A stretch of DNA of 64,000 bases from Cycas panzhihuaensis (GCA_023213395.1 CM041465.1:184271741-184335740); one strand, 5' to 3'. Shown: positions 1 through 13,082, counted from the first letter of the stretch. The notes: a model not told the origin generated them from the letters alone. Numbers and translations: made by a program.

Positions 1-2116
1 TGGGGCATTTATGCCTACAGGGTTATGCCATTTGGGCTAACAAATGCTCCAACAACCTTCCAAAGAATTATTCTGAATATCTTTCGGAAGTTCATAGGAA
101 AACCAATTGAAGTATTTTTGGATGATTGGACTTTGTATAGTCTTTTATAAGATCATTTCCTCCAATTGAGGTTAATGTTGGAATTGTGCAGGGAAAATAA
201 ATTGTGCTTGAACCTTGACAAATGTACCTTTATGGTACCGTTTGGATCCTTGTTGGGACACATTGTCTCAAAAGGACTAATGACTGATCCAATGAAGGTT
301 GAAGTAATCTTGAAATTTCCTGTTCCTCAAAACCCAAAAATCTTAAGGGATTTTTGGGAATGATTGGATATTATCGGAAGTTCATAAGAGGATATGCGCA
401 AATTGCTTATCCTTTGGAATCCTTATTGAAAAAAGCAAACAAATGGGGATGGACAATGCGACAACAACTATCTTTTGATGTTTTGAAGAAAAAGATAGTA
501 GAAGCCCCTGTGCTTAAATTTCCAGACTGGAACAAACCATTCCATGTGCATGTGGATGCCTCATTGTACGCCATTGGATGCGTATTGGCTCAACCGACTG
601 ACCAAAAAACAGATCTTTCCATTGCCTTTGCAAGTCGGAAATTAACACCTGTTGAGCGTAACTATACAGTTACGGAACGAGAAGGGTTAGGCATGGTGTA
701 TGCCTTGCAAAAATTTCGACACTATCTGCTAGCCAATCCATTTGTATTTTTTGTTGATCACCAAGCTTTGTAGCATTTGATTAATAAACTGATTTTGCAA
801 GGGAGGATTAGTCGTTGGCTAATGCTTTTCCAAGAGTTCATATTTAAAATTGTAGTGAAGAAAGGTGATATGCACGTGATATCGAATCTTTTATCCAGAA
901 TAAAAGAAGGAGAATCAGGTGCCGGGGTATTTGATGATTTCCCAGACCATAAGTTATTTTCTATTGAAGTTGCTCCATCATGGTATGAAGGAATCGCAGA
1001 ATATTTATCCACAGGGCAAACACCTAGGGGGCTGGAAAAGGCAAAAAGGAAGAGTTTCATCAAGAAAGCCTTTCCTTTCCAATTAATAGGTGGTATGTTA
1101 TAGAAATTAGGGCTAGATGAAGTTTTGCGAAGGTGCATACTGTAACATGAAGTACAACCAATATTGAGGGAAGCACATGAAGGAATAGCTTCATCTCATC
1201 ACAGAGGAGAAGCCACAGCACAGAAAATATTGACAGTCGGACTATGGTGGCCGACATTGTTCGAAGATGCCGAGAAATGGGTAAAATCTTGCGATATCTG
1301 TCAGCAAACTGGTAAGCCGTCCAAACAAAATTTCCTTGCCTCTTCATCCTATTTTGGCCCAAGCTCCATTTGAAAAATGGGGGTTGGATTTTATGGGACC
1401 AATTAATCCCCTGGCAAGAAGGACAAATGCCTGGTATATATTGGTAGCTACAGATTTTTTGACCAAGTGGACATAAGCCAAACCTATGAAGAAGTGTGAT
1501 GCAAGAAGCACATCTCGCTTTTTGTATGAAATTATAGTAAGATTTGGCTGTCCTTTGGAAATTGTATCAGATCAAGGAGGGAGCTTTTTGAATCAATCGA
1601 TAAAATACTTGACCTCAGAGTTCTTGATATAACATGGCAAATCCTCACCATATTACCCCAGAGAAAATGGTCAAGTAGAAAGTACAAATAAAATTTTGAA
1701 GATAACTCTAATGAAAATTTGTAATGCGCAGCGAACAAATTGGGCAGAAAAATTGTATTCGGTTCTATGGGTAGATAGAACAATGAAAAAAAGATCACAT
1801 AAGCATACCCCATTTCAACTTGCTTATGGACTGGAAGCTGTGGTTCCTCTGGAGTTTCAAGCAGAAAGTCTGAGGGTGGCTCAACATCTAAGATCGAAAC
1901 CTAAAATTTCTTACGACCAAAGATTAATACAACTAATGAAATAGGATGAGACTCGAGCACGAGCCTTATGGGAGTTGCAGATTGAAAAGAAAAGGCGGAA
2001 AGCTTGGCATGACCGCCACCTCAAAAAACCTGAGTACAAGGTAAATGATCTGGTGTTATTATATGATAGTAAGTTTAAAGTTAAGCATGGTAAAATGAAA
2101 ATAAGGTGGTTAGGAC
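1..2116 (+). pseudogene. Ty3/Gypsy (Athila-like) element A pol: RT, RNase H, integrase; interrupted by element B
   Basis: Translations show MPFGLTNAPTTFQR, VFLDDW, FHVHVDASLYAIG, ERNYTVTEREGLGMVYAL, CDICQ, KWGLDFMGP and KHGKMKIRWLG, with in-frame stops and frameshifts. The 5' part lies outside the window. Confidence 0.95.
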
Positions 2117-2930
2117 TGTTGGCATCAAAATTGACTCAATGGCTGTGTGAGGACCAGAGGTAGGTCAGATAACCTGGGTTGTGCAGTGCACGGACGGAGG
2201 TACGCACGAGGCGAAACGGCGTAAACAGCATTCGGTACGTGATGACAAAGCGCACTGAACGGGCACGCATGACAGAACGCATAGAGCGTAACGCAACTAA
2301 AGCGGCGGTACGCATGACCTGTGGGACCAAAGAAGACCGGGAGGTGCCGACGCACGCATCGGACGTCATTTTAACCAGAGGAAGAATTAATTAAGGCTAA
2401 CCAAAGAGATTAAGTGAAGAGGTACGCATAAAGTGAAGAGTACGCATGGTGAAAGGGTACGGTTATGACAGTACATAACCCTTGACCAAAAGGTACCAAC
2501 AGAGTACTTAAGAAGGTACGCATGATTCACCTAGTTAGGGTGAGAGCCGAGATCAAGAGTACGCAAAGGTGCGAGATGACGCATGACATGACGGATTGGA
2601 GCATGAGTGCATGATAAGTACCATCCGGTACGCATATGTAACAGAGATCAGATCACCGAATGCTCAGAACGCATTCCACTGTAAAATGAACCGTTGAATT
2701 AATAAAAGAAGAGTTATGTGGAAATTGGTGCATTCTCGATGTATGTTGATGATGTCTGAAATATGTATTGAATTGCATCATTGCGGTACCATTCTCGTGA
2801 ATTATATATGGAATGTATGTGGAATGTATGTGTATAACCATGTTGAAAGGTCCTAAAACTAGACTATAGCGCCGTGTAACCTTGACAAGTGCATTGATTC
2901 CACGAAGGGTGTGGAATCTAGCGAACAACA
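2117..2930 (+). repeat. 5' LTR of element B
   Basis: Direct repeat of 11596-12401 with TG...CA ends. Confidence 0.95.
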
Positions 2931-2931
2931 T

Positions 2932-2944
2932 TGGTTCCGCTGCC
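2932..2944 (+). promoter_or_regulatory. Primer-binding site of B, probably tRNA-Glu type
   Basis: TGGTTCCGCTGCC directly after the LTR; resembles the complement of the plant tRNA-Glu 3' end (recalled, not searched). Confidence 0.55.
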
Positions 2945-3069
2945 TACGTCCATTGAGGAGGGACAGGCCTAGGGGTCTCAAAGGAAAAAGAATGTGTAAA
3001 GGCGGAGGACCCCGGCCGCCAGTGATGGCGGGTCAGAATTAAGCCACCGGCAGCCTGTGGGACCTTCCA

Positions 3070-4800
3070 ATGCCACCTAAAAGGCCTTCAAGGTCGGAAG
3101 AGCCCCTGAAGGATACTTCACCTAAGGAAAAGGAGACTAGTAGACAAAGGGCACTGAGATGGTCAAAAGAAGCAAAACTCAGAAGGGCGAGGAGATTAAG
3201 TTCGCAAAACAACGAGACTAAGGGACAAATTTGAAGGATCCGAGGCAAGTGGAGCCCAGACACCTCGGAAGAGGAAGTCAATGGCGAACGATGGTAATGA
3301 CACCCCTATCAAAGATGATTTGTTTAGCCCGGAGTTGGAAGGAAAGCCAAAAGTAGACGAAAAATGAAAGAAATCTTAACAGAGGGAAGTATATCTGCGG
3401 AGGACAACCAAGGACCTAGGTGACAATGATAAGAAGGCGGAGGAAGGTCCCTCGGCATATTGGGAAAACAAGCTAACGAGACAAATTGCTTGAAGATTCG
3501 ACGGAAAGGGATCGGATCAATCTTACATTACGGTAACACCATTGACAATACAAGTTCCGTGTAGTGGAACCTATACATATAAAAACTCCGCTTAAAAATC
3601 CGTTGTTTGAAAGGATACGGCGAGAATCACTCCCAAAGACATCCCCAAAGGACGAGGAGGGGAAAGATCACCATCGTGGGGAACGGTTGCAATCTCCCAA
3701 GATGGACGACCATAGAGATTTTGGGAGACTTGTCTTCAATGATACTCAGACGCAGCAGAGCATGTGTATTTGTTTCGTAATCTCATTGATGTTAGAAAAA
3801 TAACTGACGAAGATGAGATTAAAGCACGCTCAGACATTGAGAGGTGTACCCTTGGCTTGGTACAAGGAAATAAACAAAATGAGCCATGGGCAAAGATTAA
3901 GAAAGCATTTGAAGAGAGATTCCAAAAGTTTCGCAAAGAACGGTGTGGAAATCGCATTGCGAGAATCGCATGCAGGCCGGGAATCCGTCCTAACATACAT
4001 TAGCCGAATGAAGATCATTACGCAATGAGTATGATCAATGAGACAATCACGATCATAATATGAAAAATTACTTCGCCGAGGGCTAAATGAGAAGTTATGC
4101 GAGCCATGATGCAGCTCATCCACGAAATCTTTCAAGAATGCTCAGAGTTGGCATTAGATTTCGAGATGGAAATGGACGCCAGCAGTGGGGACAAGATTCC
4201 TTGCTGCTAAGACCGCAAGATGAGATTAGAGAGCTGAGACAGAATCAAGATAATCGACCCTTCCGCTGTGGGAGTAGCGTAAGAGGAGTCGGAATTAGAG
4301 GCACTAAGGAAAGAAGTAGCCCGATTAAAAATCCGAAATAATTGGGAAGAAGAAGAGACATTAAAGAAGAAAGAGCACCGGAAGGGTGACCAAGTGGTGC
4401 CACATTTGTGAAGAGGATTCACATACCACCCGGAATGTGAATTGAACTTAAAAACAATGTGACGCACCAACAGTGAGAAGTGGTGCCACATATGTGAGGT
4501 AGATACCCACACAACTAGGGATTGCTTCTACAATTCCGCAGGAAAATCATTCGAGGTCGAGGTCGGGAAGAGGCAACCCACCTCGCAACGCAGTATACAA
4601 CGAGGGTGCACCGTAACCCTCGAGGAAGAGACACCGATGGGGAGATGCCTCATCCGCCTACGCCGGGCATTGGAAGTCCGAATGTCCGATGAAGGTGAAT
4701 ACAATGTAAGCCGTCAGAGGTGGTAATTGTGGCCCAAGCGACCACAAAACGGAGGATTGCAAAGGTAAAGCCAAAGCAACGAATCTAATGACAATCGTGT
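3070..4800 (+). pseudogene. gag of B (frameshifted): capsid domain and several zinc knuckles
   Basis: Starts MPPKR; QTLRGVPLAWY...WAKIKKAFEERF capsid motif; two WCHICE..SH/TH..C knuckles at about 4394 and 4482, and CGNCGPSDHKTEDC-like at about 4720. End approximate. Confidence 0.85.
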
Positions 4801-5229
4801 TTAAACGAAAAATGTGAAATTGCGTAATAAATGAAGAGAAAGTGGATGAAGAATATCCACACCCCCAACCGAATTGGATCGATACAAAAAGCAAAACAAG
4901 TGTTAGACGGTTTAATCCAGAGGAAAATTTATCGCCAATGGGTAAGCCGTAAACAAAAATGTTTACGTTCGAAAACAAACAAAAAGAGCCAAATAAACTA
5001 CTAGAAGAATCAACTAAAACCCCAAATGGTGCAAATGGAGGAGTTGTTTAAAGGTTTACCACCAAGATATTCCTGCATGTTGCTACTAATGGAGAATTTA
5101 GTGAAGCAGCTGCGCTGACCATTCCTCCGTCTCTCGTGTGATTGATTGGATTAAAGGAGGTGTGTTGCAAAAAGGAATTACCAAAAGCTTGAAACAAGTT
5201 ATACCATCGCTCGACATGGATCCAATGGT

Positions 5230-5560
5230 AACCATGTATTGGGAGAAACATTTCGAGTCATTGTGGATGGAGGGGCGCAGAAACGTGTTACCCATCGCAA
5301 CATGGCGAACCGAAGTCCGCAATTGGAAGCGACCACTTATTCACTCAAATTGGCCAATGAATTACCGGTACGACCTGCGGGCGATTGGCCGATATAAAAG
5401 TAAACGCAAGGTGGATAGTGGTGAGAGTCGACTTCACGATCGTAGAAATAGAAAAAGGAGCCACCCTACCCAGTTATTAGGAAGGCCATGGTTGTACGTA
5501 ACTAAGTGCCTCCGCACTGGGAAAAGGTAACCTTCACTTTGTCGACAAAGAACAACAAAG
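5230..5560 (+). pseudogene. Aspartic protease of B
   Basis: IVDGG at about 5260 and LLGRPWL at about 5474; boundaries approximate. Confidence 0.8.
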
Positions 5561-6899
5561 TGGTGCTACCAATGCCGGAAGGAATTCAATTGAGGTAATT
5601 CCGCATTTAAGGATCTAGCACCACAAGAATCAAAGACAACATTCTCTTCCAATGGGGAAGAACATATCTTCCACATGGCAGAAGAACCCACGACGTTGAA
5701 GCAGTATCAGCATGAAGAACCAACGGATCTCGAGGAGGTATACAACTCTTCGGACGACGAACATGGTATGAGGTTCGTGGATTACTGGCTCCAGGATGCT
5801 TATGAAGTAAATTCCTCTTCATTCAGATGTAACTTGTTATCTAAATATGTATCTGTAAACATTGATGATGATAATTTAAATTCTTTTGATTATATGCTGA
5901 CTAATGATTCTTTGAAAACTGATAACACCCTAGACCAACCAACCCCTAGTTTATTTAGTAATTTTCATAGTTTTTTTCTAGTTAGTAGTAACCCCGACAT
6001 CCCGTCTACTTCAGGTGTGGGTCTTGAGGTAGATTCCCTACCCCCCCCTTTTATACAACCCGAGGAAGGAAGTAACATTCCCTCCTCTTCTTCCTTAGAA
6101 GTACACCCGCCCAGCCTTAAATCTCTTCCAACCATTGGCGCCAAAACTGGAGAAATGGAAGGAGGATTGCTGGTAAGTGCTTCTAGCGAGTCCGTCTAGG
6201 AAACAAAATTACCATTCCGTAAAACACTAGCGGTCAAACCTATATTGAGATTACGTTAAACCATTCTATGGGGAATGCTTATATGGGACTACCCATTTAA
6301 CACATTGTATTGATTATTGGATAGAACAGGAAATTGGGACAAAACCAATTGGCAACAGGACTTAATTCTAACTCTACGAGGGACAGCTTGGTATTGGTAC
6401 TTAGCTCACCAACGTAACCTTAGCCATTGGCAAGAATTGCAATCGATGTTTCAATACGATTCGATCATCCGAACCAACTAGCTATCCCAATATTCTATGT
6501 AGGACAGACCCTAGAAAACACATATGTGTGTAAGCGAACTCGAAATCCTTGAGTATACCTAAGCAGATTGGTCTAACTACTTCTACCACACCGGGAAAGT
6601 AGCAAAAACCGGTTCCGGAAGGAGAAGAACTTAGAGATAACTTGGGAAAACCTAAGAGAATCTTTTATCAAAACCTTTAGGCATACCTCGTAAAACCAAG
6701 AAATAGACACGCTTCAAACATATCGAATAATGAGCATAAAACTAGAACAAAGATCCAATGATCATGAAACAATAGATTCCACACATAGCGAAAATGAAGA
6801 AATTGTGAATTATCCCGCAGAAGTTTACGTAATTCACCGTTGGAGAAAGAGAAATAGAAGATACCCGTGCCACAAAACGGAAAACGTGGAAGATGTGGG

Positions 6900-9630
6900 A
6901 AAAACAAAGTCGAAAACAATAGAAATTAATGTTGGCAACTCAAGATCCTAAACTCATTCGAATTGAGATTATTGGGATTCTCAAACAAGAGCCAAAGCTC
7001 AAGAATTGTTCAAGAATTCCGTGATGTATTTGCATGGTCGATAAAGATTTGAAAGGTATTCCTTCTAAATAGGAATGCATCACATTGATCCGTGGAAGAC
7101 GCTAAACCAAAGGAAACAAATGACCATATCGTATGAATCCAAAGTATAAAGAAAAGTAAAAGCCGAATCGATAAAATGTTAGAAGTGTGGTATATATGAA
7201 ATTGACTACAAGGATCGGGTGAGCCCTGTAGTAGTGGTCCCAAAGAAAATGGGAAAATTCGAGTCTGTGGATTACGTACAATTAAACAAAGTAACGAAAA
7301 GATCCATTTCCGCTGCCATTCACGGAGGATATTCTAGAAGCGATGGAGGAAATGAAATTTATTCATTCACAGACGGATTTAGTGGGTACAATCAAGTGCG
7401 ATTGCCCCGTAAGATCGTGCCAAAACAACATTCAGAACGGAATGGGGTACGACGCCTATAAGGTAATGCCATTTGGTCTTACGAATGCACCAAAGAACAT
7501 TTCAACGGATTGTGATTAATATCTTCGTAAGTACATTGGAGAAAAGTTGTCGATTTTTAGACGATTGGACATTATACGGGTTAATGAAAACCACATGGAA
7601 AACTTAAGAGAAATGTTGCAAACTTGTCGAGAAAACAAATCAGGTCTTAATCCGTAAAAGTGTACATTTCGTACCATTTGAAACCTCTTGGGGCACATAG
7701 TCAAGAAAGAAGGATTGCCGACAGATCCAAATAAAGTGTCTCGCCATTTTACACTTTCCGACACCAAATACGAGGAAGCAATTTAAAAGGTTTTTGGGTT
7801 TAACCGGATATTATAGAAAATTTATCGAGGATATGCGTATATATCCGACCTCTGGAAGAATTATTGAAAAAGAATATTGAATGGATATGGACTAAAGATC
7901 GCGAACGAGCATTCAAACATCAAGGTGCCATAGTAGCAAAGACCGATACTACGATTCCTGATTGAAGAGAACCTTCCATGTGCATGTGGACGCCACAATA
8001 CGCCATTTGATGCGTATTGGCCCAACCCTGATGATAAAATGGATCATCCAATATATTTTGCCACCGAAAACTTACAAGAGCAGAGCGTAATTATACAACA
8101 ACAGAGAGAGAAGCACTCGGCATGGTTTATGCACTACGTAAATTTCGACACTATTTATTATCTAATCCATTTCGCTTTTGTCGACCATCAAGCTTTGATG
8201 TATCCGTGAACAAACCTATTATGCGAGGAAGAATCCAGATGGTTAATGCCGCCCGTGAGTTTTCGCTCGTAATCATTGTGAAACCGTAAGGCGACATTAT
8301 CCCGCATCAACTATCAAGAATAAAAATGGAGAGAGCTACGGGGTACCATGACTTTTCAGACGCAGCCTATTCAGCTGATGCAGCTCAAAGAGATCGGTAT
8401 GAGGGTATACCGTATACCTAGCAACCTAACGCCCAGTAATTAGACCGCAAGTGAAGAAGGAATTTCATTAGAAAAGCGGAGCCGCATCAAATTATTAGTG
8501 GAGAATTGTATAAATTGGGACCAGATGACATATTGCGACGTTGTGTTCGACAAAGATGAGACAAATCGATTATGTCGCAGCACATGAAGGCGTAGCGGGT
8601 GGCCACATGGGGAAAATGGCCACATGGCGGAAAATCTTGACATCGGGATTCCGTGGCCATCAATGTTCGACGATGTGAAGAAATGGGTTCAAGCATGCAC
8701 CATCGCCAACGAGTGGGGAAACCTAACCGATGTGATTTCCACCCGCTGCATCCTATACTACCCTTGGCACCATTTGAAAAGTGGGGACTCGACTTTGTGG
8801 GGCCAATCAAACCAAAGAAGACGACGATCAAACGCCGATATATTCTAGTAGCCACCGACTACACGACAAAGTGGGTAGAAGCACGCATTGAAGAAAGCCG
8901 ATGCGTAAAGCACAAGAAGATTTCAGACGAGGTGATAATCACGAGATTTGGATGCCCCTTGGAGATTGTGAGTGACCAAGGTGCCCATTTCCTCAACCAA
9001 ACCATGGAAGCATTGACAACTGCCTTCATGATCAGCCATCGGAAATCAACCCCATACTATCCCGCAGCCAACGGGCCGGAAAGCTCCAACAAGATAATCG
9101 AGAACCTGCTACGGAAGATATGCGACATCGGCAGATCAGATTGGGCCGAGAAGTTACCTTCCGTATTATGGGCTTTTCGTACGACGTATAAGCGATCCGT
9201 GGGGCAAACACCATTTCAACTGGTGTATGGCACAGAAGCCATTCTTCCAACTGAGTTCGAGATACCCAGTTTGCGAGTGGCAATACAATGCCGACTCGAC
9301 GACCGCCAGTCCCTGGAACAACGACTGGAAGATTTAATACGGTTGGAAGAAACGCGACATCTAGCGAATTGGGTGCAGCATATAGAGAAAAGACGACAAA
9401 AGGCGTGGCATGACCGCTATCTGCGGAAACCACAATTCCATGAGGGTGATCACGTATTGCTATACGACAGCAAATTCAAAACACACCCCGGTAAACTCAA
9501 GATGCGATGGTTAGGACCATACATCGCAGAAAAAATTTTCGAAAATGGTTCAGTGCAGCTTCGAGAAATCGACGGACCTCTGCTACCAACACGGGTAAAT
9601 GGTAGCAGACTCAAGTCCTATATCGAGTAG
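6900..9630 (+). pseudogene. RT, RNase H and integrase of B (frameshifted; integrase largely open at 8653-9630)
   Basis: SPVVVVPKK, YSFTDGFSGYNQ, ERNYTTTEREALGM, FEKWGLDFVGP, EIVSDQGAHF, HPGKLKMRWLGPY, RVNGSRLKSY. Confidence 0.95.
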
Positions 9631-10349
9631 CCAGTCACCAGCCGGATCAGCTGGTTGTACCATAGAGTATTGCATGATATTGAGGCAATCGACTGCCTTG
9701 ATACCGAGCCATGATCCCGTTCGGTATGGATATAAAAATTGAAAAAAATAAAAATAACCATAACTCAATTCTGATATAAGCAACAGCAGCATAATCCAAG
9801 AAAAACCAGAGGGAATACATCAGCATACAAGCGAATTACGAGTGCGTGCCAAAAACAGTGCGCTACTGTGCACGTACTGGACAAAGTTGATAAAAGTGGA
9901 AAATATACTATACGTACCAAGCAATTCATAAAAGTACGCATAATGGAAAAAGTGGCTCCGAATTATACTATACGTACCAGAAAAGTACGCGGAAAGGAAC
10001 GCATAGTAGAAATAATTTTAAGTGACTCAATTACATTATACGTACCTGGAAAAGTACGTAGACAGGTACGCACAGTGCACAGGAGCGTAAACTCGAGTTA
10101 TACATTATACGTACCAACGACGTAATCGTGTCGCACGCACTGTAAAAGAGACTTAAGGGCTATGTGTGCTATACGTGCAAAGAAAGTACGTGTCGAGCAC
10201 GCACAACATTTTTTAACAAAGATACGTACCAAAGTGCGTATAAGACAAAATACGCTAAACGACAAATTATTACGCACTGCGAACATTCCAAAGGCGGTAC
10301 GCAGAGCGGAAACGGACCACCACGCGCAAGGGTTTGCTCTGCACGCATC

Positions 10350-11520
10350 ACGCTGACGAGCGGTGAAACGGCAAGCGTTCCTCTGAGGTACGTACGTGCG
10401 GTTCTACCCAGACGCTTAGGTTTTCTCGCTTTACTCGGAAATCCACACCATTATGAGTACGGTGGTCGCCAAGAGGCATACATTCCTAAGTCGAACAGAC
10501 CTCCAAGCCCTACCAATGGCATTTCGCACGAAGATCAAGCAGGATGGATGGACTATATTTTACGCAATCCCATGTATTATGACCCACGCTTAATGGACCA
10601 AACCCCTGACCCTAAAAGCAAACAATGCAAAGCTAAATTGGATGCGTAAATAGTCCACACCATTACAGGACTTCCCAAGGAGGGTGAAGTTCCATTGGGA
10701 GCCAAGAGGTCGAGGTGGACAGGAAATGTGGATGAAAAATTATGCCATCCTAACACCCGAGATAATGTCAGCGGAATTAGGGTAGCCGACATCATGGATA
10801 GCAAATTGCCGTGGGTGGCTAAGGTAATTAATTCCAGTTTTTGTCAAAGAGAAAATATACCTACATTCGTGGAGGTATGATGCGTGTACTCTTACAAATT
10901 CGGGATGGAGAAAGAATGAATTGGTCCGAATTTTTAGCGTAAAATATGAGGCGAAGCTACAAGAAATCGTGACACAACCCTTTCGCCATCCTTCATTGCT
11001 TCCGGCTATTCTATTTTATCGATGTCCTGATGTCCAACTAACCGTAACCACTATTTCTCCTGAGCCAATTATTAAACAAGGTTGCGAGTTCCCACACAAC
11101 TACCAAGATGGAACTTAAAAGGAGAATTCGTAAACAAATGCAAAAAGTACTTACACGGTTACAAAACCCTGTACACCTATTCCTCACAGACAAAGCAAGT
11201 TGTCCATCGACGTGGGAAGAGGAGGAAGGAGAGGAAGAGTCAAGAAGAGAAGGAGGAGGAGGCGTAAGCATCTTGGGAAGATTGGGAAGACTTCCCAGCA
11301 GTTAAGAGGTTGGAGAACCCTCGGCACCGCCTACACCACCACGACAAGGCAGGCCAATTATACAGATGATTCTGTGATATGGAGGCAGGTACAAAGCGAA
11401 ATAGCGACCCTTCAGAGAAGATCAAGGAAAAGGGACGCCATCATTGCTACCACGACACAAATAAATGAAGAAATTGACAACCAAGGCGGCAGGAGCCGCC
11501 TTGAAACAGAGTGGGGAGGG
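10350..11520 (+). pseudogene. Accessory ORF of B between pol and the 3' LTR (frameshifted)
   Basis: Sense-strand pieces SGIRVADIMDSKLPWVAKVINSSF and GERMNWSEFLA, then an acidic tract; matches pieces of A's accessory ORF. Boundaries approximate. Confidence 0.65.
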
Positions 11521-11595
11521 ATGCCCCAAATTTTTGACTTTTGGAGTTTTGTTGAGCAAGGATGCTCAAACCCATAACTATTGACCCCGGATAGA

Positions 11596-12401
11596 TGTTG
11601 GCATCAAAATTGACTCAATGGTCGTGTGAGGACCGAGGTAGGTCGAGATAACTGGGTTGTGCGGTGCGGACCAGCGGAGGTACGCAGCGGCAGGCGTGCA
11701 GGTGCGTATGGCGGTGCGTGCACAGGCACGCATGACAGAACGCATCAAAGAGCGTAACGCAACTAAGCGGCGTGATGCGCATGACTCGTGGGACGGTGAA
11801 GACCGGGAGGTGCAGGGCATCGCATTTTACGCATGGAACCAAAGGAAGAATTAATTAAGGCTAACCAAAGAGATTAAGTGAAGAGGCACGATAAAGTGAA
11901 GAGTACGCATGGTCGAAAGGGTACGGTTATGACAAACATAACCCTTCACCAAAAGGTACCAACAGGAGTACTTAAGAAGGTAAGCATGATTCACCTAGTT
12001 AGGGTGAGAGCCGAGATCAAGAGTACGCAAAGGTGCGGATGACAAGACGCATGACGTACCGATTGGAGCATGAGTGCATGATAAGTACCATCTGGTACGC
12101 ATATGTAATGTAGGATCAGATGTCTTTGGAATGCTCAGAACGCATTCCACTCGTAAATGAAGTGTTGAATTAATAAAAGAAGAGTTATGTGGAAACTGGT
12201 GCATTCTCGATGTATGTTGATGATGTCTTTGAAATATGTATTGAATTACATCTGCATGTACCATTCATGAATTATATATGGAATGTATGTGGAATGTATG
12301 TGTATAACCATGTTGACAGTGTCCTAAAACTAGACTATAGCGCTGTGTAACCTTGACAAGTGCATTGATTCCACGAAGGGTGTGGAATCTAGCAGTCAAC
12401 A
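11596..12401 (+). repeat. 3' LTR of element B
   Basis: Repeat of 2117-2930, followed by TSD AGGAC. Confidence 0.95.
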
Positions 12402-12519
12402 AGGACCTTATAAAATTAATCACATTTACGAAAATGGAGCTGCTAAATTACAGCAGTTAGATGGCTAGCCATTGACCAAATTGATCAATGGTAATAGAAT
12501 AAAATTGTATAGAATATAA
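12402..12519 (+). pseudogene. C-terminal end of A integrase, resuming after B
   Basis: GPYKINHIYENGAAKLQQLDG*PLTKLINGNRIKLYRI*, homologous to the end of B pol; followed by an A tract to 12540. Confidence 0.93.
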
Positions 12520-13082
12520 AAAAAAAAAAAAAAAAAAAAAGAGCACAAATAACCAAGGGGCATAATTCCTTAAGAAAAGGTGTTAAGAATGTGACAATTC
12601 TAAAGTTAAATAATTAGAAACACAACTGGCGATAACTACCGGTTGGTGCGACATGATGAGAAGACATGGGCACAGATGAAAGAGCGAGGTGACATTGATA
12701 CGATAACTAGCAATAACTACCCAATTGCTACAACTATGTACGGTAAAAGAACGTGGGTGTGGACGAGATGATATTGATACGTGAACCAAGATTCATCATG
12801 ACGGAGACAAGCAAACATGGCACGGCTCATCAATGGAAGATGGTGCCATGACAGCATGATACGGTAGCACCCAAGAAAATGATGAATAGTCACATTAATA
12901 AGCTGCTTTTCAAAGGAGATATGATGGCAGTTGAGATCAACACAACATTTAAAAGATTGAAACGATTTGCGATAGCAGCAATATGCCATTGCAGCCAAGG
13001 GAGTTGTGGTGTAGCAATACGCAATTGCAGCCGAGGAACTACGAAATTGCAGTCGAAGAGGTAATTGCGTTAGGTAAAGTAG

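Larger units (their letters stand above)
2117..12401 (+). mobile_element. Full-length Ty3/Gypsy Athila-like LTR retrotransposon B (about 10.3 kb)
   Basis: Paired LTRs of about 810 bp (TGTTG...CAACA); TSD AGGAC at 2112-2116 and 12402-12406; gag-PR-RT-RH-INT order. The host frame WLG|PYKINHIYENG resumes after the element. Confidence 0.97.

Noticed and set aside
12518-12540. A tract as a LINE/SINE or retrocopy tail
   Set aside because: It directly follows the pol stop inside A with no TSD; B also has an A-rich tract shortly after pol.
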